Assembly (NCBI GenBank): GCA_009889635.1
Contig: WTZQ01000002.1
Coordinates: 17,097 to 81,096, forward strand
Direction: 5' to 3'
Origin: Candidatus Hikarchaeum yamanae
Lineage (GTDB): Archaea > Halobacteriota > Halobacteria > Halobacteriales > Hikarchaeaceae
Length of the DNA: 64,000 nt
Shown: positions 59,663-64,000 of the stretch, piece after piece
Layout of the letters: every line of letters starts with the position of its first letter
Numbering within the stretch: the stretch's first letter is position 1
Made by a program: the position numbers and the translations under genes
Notes under the pieces: model-generated
Databases searched by the model: none
Seen by the model: the letters and a program-made list of their open reading frames with translations, nothing else
Told to the model about the DNA's origin: nothing

Positions 59663-59683
59663 TAATGATAATGGTAATCATTA
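59663..59683. promoter_or_regulatory. Fur-box-like palindromic operator TAATGAT-AATGGTA-ATCATTA
   Basis: Perfect 7-bp inverted arms. Contains AATGATAAT, identical to the core of the classical Fur box GATAATGATAATCATTATC. Abuts the fur start codon and lies just upstream of the shared TATA tract. Confidence 0.6.
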
Positions 59684-59685
59684 GC

Positions 59686-59699
59686 TTTATATATAATTT
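59686..59699. promoter_or_regulatory. palindromic TATA tract TTTATATATAATTT about 30 nt from both the fur and ZIP start codons (possible bidirectional, leaderless promoter)
   Basis: The centre at about 59692 is 30 nt from 59662 and 31 nt from 59723. Confidence 0.45.
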
Positions 59700-59722
59700 G
59701 TGTTTTAAAAGCATCCACGAAT

Positions 59723-60835
59723 ATGGAATCAAATAAAAATTTTGCAATTATCCTATCCTTTTTATTAATAGTAGGATTATTCGTAGTAGCTAGTGCGGAC
59801 ATATACGGGTCGTTCGATCACGACCACGACGACCACGACGACCATGCAGCAGAAGATCACGACGACCACGACGACCACGACGACCATGCAGCAGAAGATC
59901 ACGACGATCACGATGATCATGCAGCGGGGCATCATGGTGATCATGGGTCAGAAGCTCACGACGACCACGACGACCATGCAGCGGGGATTCCAGTCACAGG
60001 AGCAAGTGGGGAGTCTAATGCAAGTGGGGGGTCTACTGTACCAACTAATGTAGCACTTTATGCTATTGTGAGTGCTATTCTCGTGGGCGGGGTAGCCTTT
60101 GCCGGACTCATATGGTTTCCGTTTGAAGATATCTTTGGCCGTTACCTCCCACGCATTGTTAGCTTTGCAATTGGGACATTGATAGGTGGATCTTTCTTAC
60201 ATCTATTGCCTCATTTGTTAGAGACACAAGGATCCTTTACTGTAAACTCAGCAATGTTGATTATATTTGGATTTGTCACCATGTTTATACTTGAGAATTT
60301 AATCGGACATACCCATACACATCCTGCAGATCGATTAGACGCGGCGAAAGAAAAAGGAGCTAAAGAGGAAGAACCGATTAAAGCGAGTGCATTTTTAATT
60401 AGTGTGGGTGACGGTGTTCACAACCTTCTAGATGGTCTTATTATTGGGAGTGTTTATATGGTTTCAATCCCCTCGGGGATTGCCATAACCATTGCAACAA
60501 TTATGCATGAAATTCCATTGGAACTGGCAGATTATGGCATTTTAATAAATTCTGGTCTGTCCAAAGTACAGGCTTTGATGGTAAATGCTGCCACAGGATT
60601 GGCGACTGTAACTGGGGTTATTGTTTCACTCTTCTTAATCAACTATGTGCCGGGTTTGCAAGCAATTCTCTTTGCAATAGGAATTGGTAATTTCGTATAC
60701 ATAGCAGCAGCATGTCTCTTACCTGACTTACTCCGGGAGGAACGATTTAAGAGTAATCTATATAATTTAGCAAGTATGCTCCTAGGGGTGTTATTGATGT
60801 TGTTATTGATCTTAGCCGAACAAGCTACCCACTGA
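59723..60835 (+). CDS. ZIP-family (ZupT/GufA-like) divalent metal transporter with N-terminal His/Asp-rich repeat domain
   Basis: Signal/anchor helix, then the HDHDDHDDHAAEDHDDHDDHDDHAAEDHDDHDDHAAGHHGDHGSEAHDDHDDHAAG stretch. ZIP motifs HNLLDGLIIG and MHEIPLELADYG. Confidence 0.85.
   Translation: MESNKNFAIILSFLLIVGLFVVASADIYGSFDHDHDDHDDHAAEDHDDHDDHDDHAAEDHDDHDDHAAGHHGDHGSEAHDDHDDHAAGIPVTGASGESNASGGSTVPTNVALYAIVSAILVGGVAFAGLIWFPFEDIFGRYLPRIVSFAIGTLIGGSFLHLLPHLLETQGSFTVNSAMLIIFGFVTMFILENLIGHTHTHPADRLDAAKEKGAKEEEPIKASAFLISVGDGVHNLLDGLIIGSVYMVSIPSGIAITIATIMHEIPLELADYGILINSGLSKVQALMVNAATGLATVTGVIVSLFLINYVPGLQAILFAIGIGNFVYIAAACLLPDLLREERFKSNLYNLASMLLGVLLMLLLILAEQATH
59816..59986 (+). repeat. in-frame imperfect tandem repeats (units of about 33-42 nt, GATCACGAC..GACCATGCAGC(A/G)G) encoding the DHDDHDDHAA(E/G) modules
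   Basis: Read directly. There are four units, two of them nearly identical at the DNA level. Confidence 0.8.
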
Positions 60836-60875
60836 TAAAAACCGCTGTTCCTAAAAACTGTCACCTGAAGTCGAA

Positions 60876-61250
60876 TTAGTCCAAATGTTGTAATAGTTCA
60901 ACTACATATCCGTCAGGATCTTCGATGAATGCAACTCTTGTCTTGATGGTATCATTTTGGAATACCGATCTAACAACTTTACACCCTGTTTTATCAACCA
61001 TATCTTTGAATTTTTCATCCACGTTGTCTATTACAATCGCTAGGTGATCAATCCCTCCTGGAGTCTTACCTCCTACTTCCTCATTATATTTAAATTGGAT
61101 TTCAACACCACCATCTCCTGCAACGTAATAACTAGTTGTCCCATCTCCTCCCACAAAATCCCAAGTGTGGTGCAATCCCATGGCATCGATATAAAATGCC
61201 TTCGTAGCTTCTAAGTCCGAAACCCAAAGGCATGTATGTGAAACTTCCAT
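60876..61250 (-). CDS. VOC/glyoxalase I family protein
   Basis: HTCLWVSDLEATKAFY, GIDHLAIVIDNVD and FIEDPDGYVVEL are typical paired beta-alpha-beta-beta-beta modules. Confidence 0.75.
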   Translation of the reverse strand: MEVSHTCLWVSDLEATKAFYIDAMGLHHTWDFVGGDGTTSYYVAGDGGVEIQFKYNEEVGGKTPGGIDHLAIVIDNVDEKFKDMVDKTGCKVVRSVFQNDTIKTRVAFIEDPDGYVVELLQHLD

Positions 61251-61380
61251 GCCTTCCCTAACTTATGTACCTAAATAGGAATATCGATTTTTCTAGTTTT
61301 CCAAATCCCAAAAATAATTTATATATACTTCTGACCCTATTAAAATAATACTTTATCAAAACACGATATTTGATTGAATC

Positions 61381-62442
61381 ATGCAACCAAAAAAAACAAC
61401 CACTTCCAATAAACCAGGTTCTGTCGGTGAGCATCTTCTTCAAAAAGAATATGGCGACACCGACCGTGCAAATTCGTTCTATGAAACTCAGATGCTAGAC
61501 CATCTTAACGATAGAATGAAAAAATTACTCTCTGCACAAGAAATGGTTTTCATCGCAACATCTGACGCGAACGGAGAGTCTGATTGTTCCTTTCGTGCTG
61601 GCCCCATTGGTTTCGTGCGCATTATAGATTCTAAAACTATAGCATATCCTGAATATCGTGGAAACGGGGTTCACGCTAGTTTGGGAAATATTCTTGAAAA
61701 TCCTCATATCGGCATGATTTTTGTTGATTTTTTCGGTAGCACAGTCGGTCTCCATGTAAATGGTCGGGCTAGTATTCAAGAAAACCAATATGTACGAAAA
61801 AATTTCAATTTACCCTCTGAAGCCTTTTCTAATGTACAGACTAAAAATGGAAAAAAACCCGAACGTTGGGTCGTAGTCGATATCCAAGAAGCATATATTC
61901 ATTGTGCAAAACATGTTCCAAAATTAAAGAAACTTAATAAAAAAATCCATTGGGGAACTGATGATGAAACATACAAAGGAGGCGATTTTTTCAACGTCAC
62001 CACCTCTGCTAAAAACCACTCACCTATCTCTCCCACCGATCTCAACAATAGGTTGTATTTTGAAAGGGCAAAACAACATTGTGAATGGTGTTTCACTTGG
62101 TTAGACAGCCCCCATGTTCACCAATTAATACCAATTGGTCCCTCTCACCCGCACGAGGCTAATAATCTACTTGTAGTTTGTCAAGATTGCCTGTCAAAAA
62201 TTCAATCTGGATCCATCGACCAATCCTATTTACAACACCGGTTAGACGAACAAATGCAAAAATGGTCTGCCCATTCTTACTCTCACTTGTTAAACAAAGC
62301 CAAAGAAAATCTAACACCGACCATTGCCAAAATAATTGATACTTCCCTCTCTGAACTATCTAAAGAAAAAATCATTCTAAGAATCATAGCACTACTTTTC
62401 ATACTGCATTATCTGTCCCACTTTTTCATGCTACACGCATAG
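61381..62442 (+). CDS. pyridoxamine-5'-phosphate-oxidase-like (FMN split-barrel) domain fused to an HNH-like Zn-finger module and a C-terminal TM helix
   Basis: N-terminal about 200 aa: GSVGEHLLQKEYGDTDRANSFY..MVFIATSDANGESDCSFRAGPIGFVRIID..YPEYRGNGVHASLGNILENPHIGMIFVDF. Then CEWC-x7-HVHQLIP-x9-NNLLVVCQDC. Ends in IILRIIALLFILHYLSHFFML. Confidence 0.6.
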   Translation: MQPKKTTTSNKPGSVGEHLLQKEYGDTDRANSFYETQMLDHLNDRMKKLLSAQEMVFIATSDANGESDCSFRAGPIGFVRIIDSKTIAYPEYRGNGVHASLGNILENPHIGMIFVDFFGSTVGLHVNGRASIQENQYVRKNFNLPSEAFSNVQTKNGKKPERWVVVDIQEAYIHCAKHVPKLKKLNKKIHWGTDDETYKGGDFFNVTTSAKNHSPISPTDLNNRLYFERAKQHCEWCFTWLDSPHVHQLIPIGPSHPHEANNLLVVCQDCLSKIQSGSIDQSYLQHRLDEQMQKWSAHSYSHLLNKAKENLTPTIAKIIDTSLSELSKEKIILRIIALLFILHYLSHFFMLHA

Positions 62443-62504
62443 CTATTATATTTTAATAATATCTTGCACCCCTTTTTAATATCTATCAGATCTTATACCT
62501 TCTA

Positions 62505-63431
62505 ATGGCCACTCTAATCATCGGTTCATCGGGATTAGTAGGAAGAAACCTCGCCCCCCACTTGCTCCACGAAGGTGAATCTATAGTCTGCATGGATCTT
62601 AACATGGAACTCACACCAGATTTACCTGGTGCAACCATGGTACAAGGAGATGTATCAAATTTCACCGACGTCTCTGAAACCATCCAGAGATTCGAACCCG
62701 ACAGAGTTATCAACCTCGCATATCTCGTGGGAAGAAATGCATGCCTTCAAGATCTCAACCGAACTTTACGTGTCAATATACTTGGTATGGACAATGTCTT
62801 TCGCGCATCTGTAGCTGCAGATGTCTCTCGCGTCATATGGGCAAGTACACTTGGGGTGTACAGTTCCATCGATTATGAACCAGGACTTGTTGTAACTGAA
62901 GAATATCCTCGACCCTATTCTCCCTATTCCTCTTTTGATGGATCTTATTATAACGCCCTCAAACATTTCAATGAATACCAGGCTCTCCTGTATGCTTCTC
63001 GCGAATCATTAGATGTATGTGCCATCCGACCCAGTTTTATTTTTGGACCTGGAAGGACCACTGGAGTACCTTGGGCCTGTAGTTTCATTGAGGATGCTAT
63101 CAACGGCAAAACTACCCATGTTCCCATGCATCCCGACTCTACATTCGGTCTCATATATGTAGATGATGTTGTAGATTTATTTACCAAAATAACTTTGGCA
63201 AAAACTCTATCTTCTAATGTCTATAATACGGGGGGGCATCTTCTTTCCATATCCGAAATAGCAGCAGAAGTAAATTCCGTGCTAAATGGAAATCTGATCT
63301 CTGACCCCGCCAAAAACCCACTATTCCAATTTGATATCTCCAATGGTCGTGCACACAAAGAATTTGGATTCACACTATCCCCCTTCTCCGAATCTTTAAT
63401 TAAACATGCCAACATACTCCGTTCCCAATAG
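62505..63431 (+). CDS. NAD-dependent epimerase/dehydratase (extended SDR)
   Basis: Rossmann IIGSSGLVGRNL and catalytic YxxxK in YYNALKH. 308 aa. Confidence 0.75.
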   Translation: MATLIIGSSGLVGRNLAPHLLHEGESIVCMDLNMELTPDLPGATMVQGDVSNFTDVSETIQRFEPDRVINLAYLVGRNACLQDLNRTLRVNILGMDNVFRASVAADVSRVIWASTLGVYSSIDYEPGLVVTEEYPRPYSPYSSFDGSYYNALKHFNEYQALLYASRESLDVCAIRPSFIFGPGRTTGVPWACSFIEDAINGKTTHVPMHPDSTFGLIYVDDVVDLFTKITLAKTLSSNVYNTGGHLLSISEIAAEVNSVLNGNLISDPAKNPLFQFDISNGRAHKEFGFTLSPFSESLIKHANILRSQ

Positions 63432-63438
63432 ATCTCAG

Positions 63439-64000
63439 TTACATCTTTTCTCGGAGCAACTCGTTAAATGCCTCTGGACCATCAAGAGCATCGATTTCAT
63501 TCTTCCCTATCAGTATAGTTTCTTCAACATACTTTTGCTTCACGTTGCTATCTACAAAATAAATAGATTGAGTCTTCGTTACATACCCAATAGAACCCAT
63601 AATTTTCGCACGTTTAATAGCCGTTTTAGTGAGCTGAGAATACCCTGTTATTAAAACTCTATTTGCATCACTAGAATGTTCACTTACCGTTTGGAACGGA
63701 GCACGATCCGTCGGGTGGACTATGAATCCAAATCTAGTCAATGCGTCTATCATCTCATCTCCATATCGAGCAGTTTCTTGTTTATTTTCTAAAGAATCTA
63801 CGCCCGTCTCAGCAGAATCTTGATTAAAAATATCTATTGGAATAGTAACTCTAGATCCAAACAATTCTTCTAGTCGAATGGCAACTTCGATACTTGCATC
63901 CATCCCACTCTCATATTTTGAAACCGTTCGTCGTGATACGCCCAAAATCATTGCAAGCTTTCCAAGACTCCATTTCAATTCCCCTCGTACTTTGGATAAA
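63439..64000 (-). CDS. XRE-type HTH transcriptional regulator (COG1395-like), 5' end beyond window
   Basis: HTH LGKLAMILGVSRRTVSKYESG. The frame stays open to position 64000 (the ORF-track M is a TTG codon). The C-terminal domain is uncharacterised. Confidence 0.6.
   Translation of the reverse strand, partial: LSKVRGELKWSLGKLAMILGVSRRTVSKYESGMDASIEVAIRLEELFGSRVTIPIDIFNQDSAETGVDSLENKQETARYGDEMIDALTRFGFIVHPTDRAPFQTVSEHSSDANRVLITGYSQLTKTAIKRAKIMGSIGYVTKTQSIYFVDSNVKQKYVEETILIGKNEIDALDGPEAFNELLREKM

Noticed and set aside
59816-59986. Possible CRISPR-like or minisatellite array
   Set aside because: The repeats are contiguous with no spacers, in frame, and inside a coding sequence. No cas genes are in the window.
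59793-60053. 86-aa ORF rich in poly-Thr (TTTTTTTT) in an alternative frame of the ZIP gene
   Set aside because: It is a frame-shifted reading of the GAC/CAC repeat DNA. The His/Asp frame continues into a bona fide ZIP transporter.
1-64000. Search for mobile elements, integrases, prophage remnants, CRISPR-cas, restriction-modification or other defence islands, rRNA, RNase P or SRP RNA
   Set aside because: No transposase, integrase or Cas-like translations are in the ORF track. No spacer-repeat arrays were seen. No non-coding gap is long enough (at least 300 nt) and GC-rich or structured enough for a large ncRNA, except the pyrimidine-rich csg leader. The two tRNAs show no adjacent integration scars.

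Overview
Gene-dense archaeal chromosomal segment: about 94% coding by my hand tally of the gaps, and mid-40s %GC from eye-sampled lines. I call about 63 protein genes and 2 tRNAs. All family calls come from motif recognition in the supplied translations. No BLAST or HMM search was possible.

Gene content and order look Halobacteria-like:
- an S-layer-type glycoprotein with a haloarchaeal-style signal peptide and a PGF-CTERM anchor;
- an LDH-like malate dehydrogenase;
- a hel308-cgi121 overlap and a Kae1-Bud32 fusion;
- bacterial-type uvrB/uvrC.

The DNA is low in GC, however, and the proteins are only moderately acidic. This suggests a low-GC haloarchaeon or a sister lineage (inference).

Most of the window is housekeeping:
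- Ser/Thr/Met biosynthesis (metX, serB, serA, thrC);
- DNA repair (uvrC, uvrB, hef, hel308);
- four aminoacyl-tRNA synthetases (Gly, Leu, Arg plus aRF1 nearby);
- the conserved archaeal aIF2gamma / Fcf1-like PIN / Rpo7 / Spt4 / DUF359 / S24e / S27ae / Kae1-Bud32 superoperon;
- lipA-lpd, pheA, nadE, pyrE, carS, ilvE, taw1, ribK and a thermosome subunit.

Non-core content:
1. An 8-gene redox/hydrolase block of unknown substrate at 18.3-28.0 kb. It holds an orphan Mo-hydroxylase large subunit convergent with seven co-directional genes: FMN reductase, methyltransferase, TPP enzyme, amidohydrolase_2, Rieske protein, LLM oxidoreductase and CocE/NonD hydrolase.
2. A Fur/Zur-like repressor divergent from a His/Asp-repeat ZIP transporter, with a palindromic operator.
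3. An unusual PNPOx-like + HNH-like + TM fusion protein.
4. A solitary PIN_3-like nuclease.
5. An arylsulfotransferase-like membrane propeller.

I saw no rRNA, CRISPR array, transposase/integrase, prophage or recognisable defence island. The 18-28 kb enzyme block and the PNPOx-HNH fusion are the best candidates for something undescribed, but neither is strongly supported as a novel system from sequence alone.
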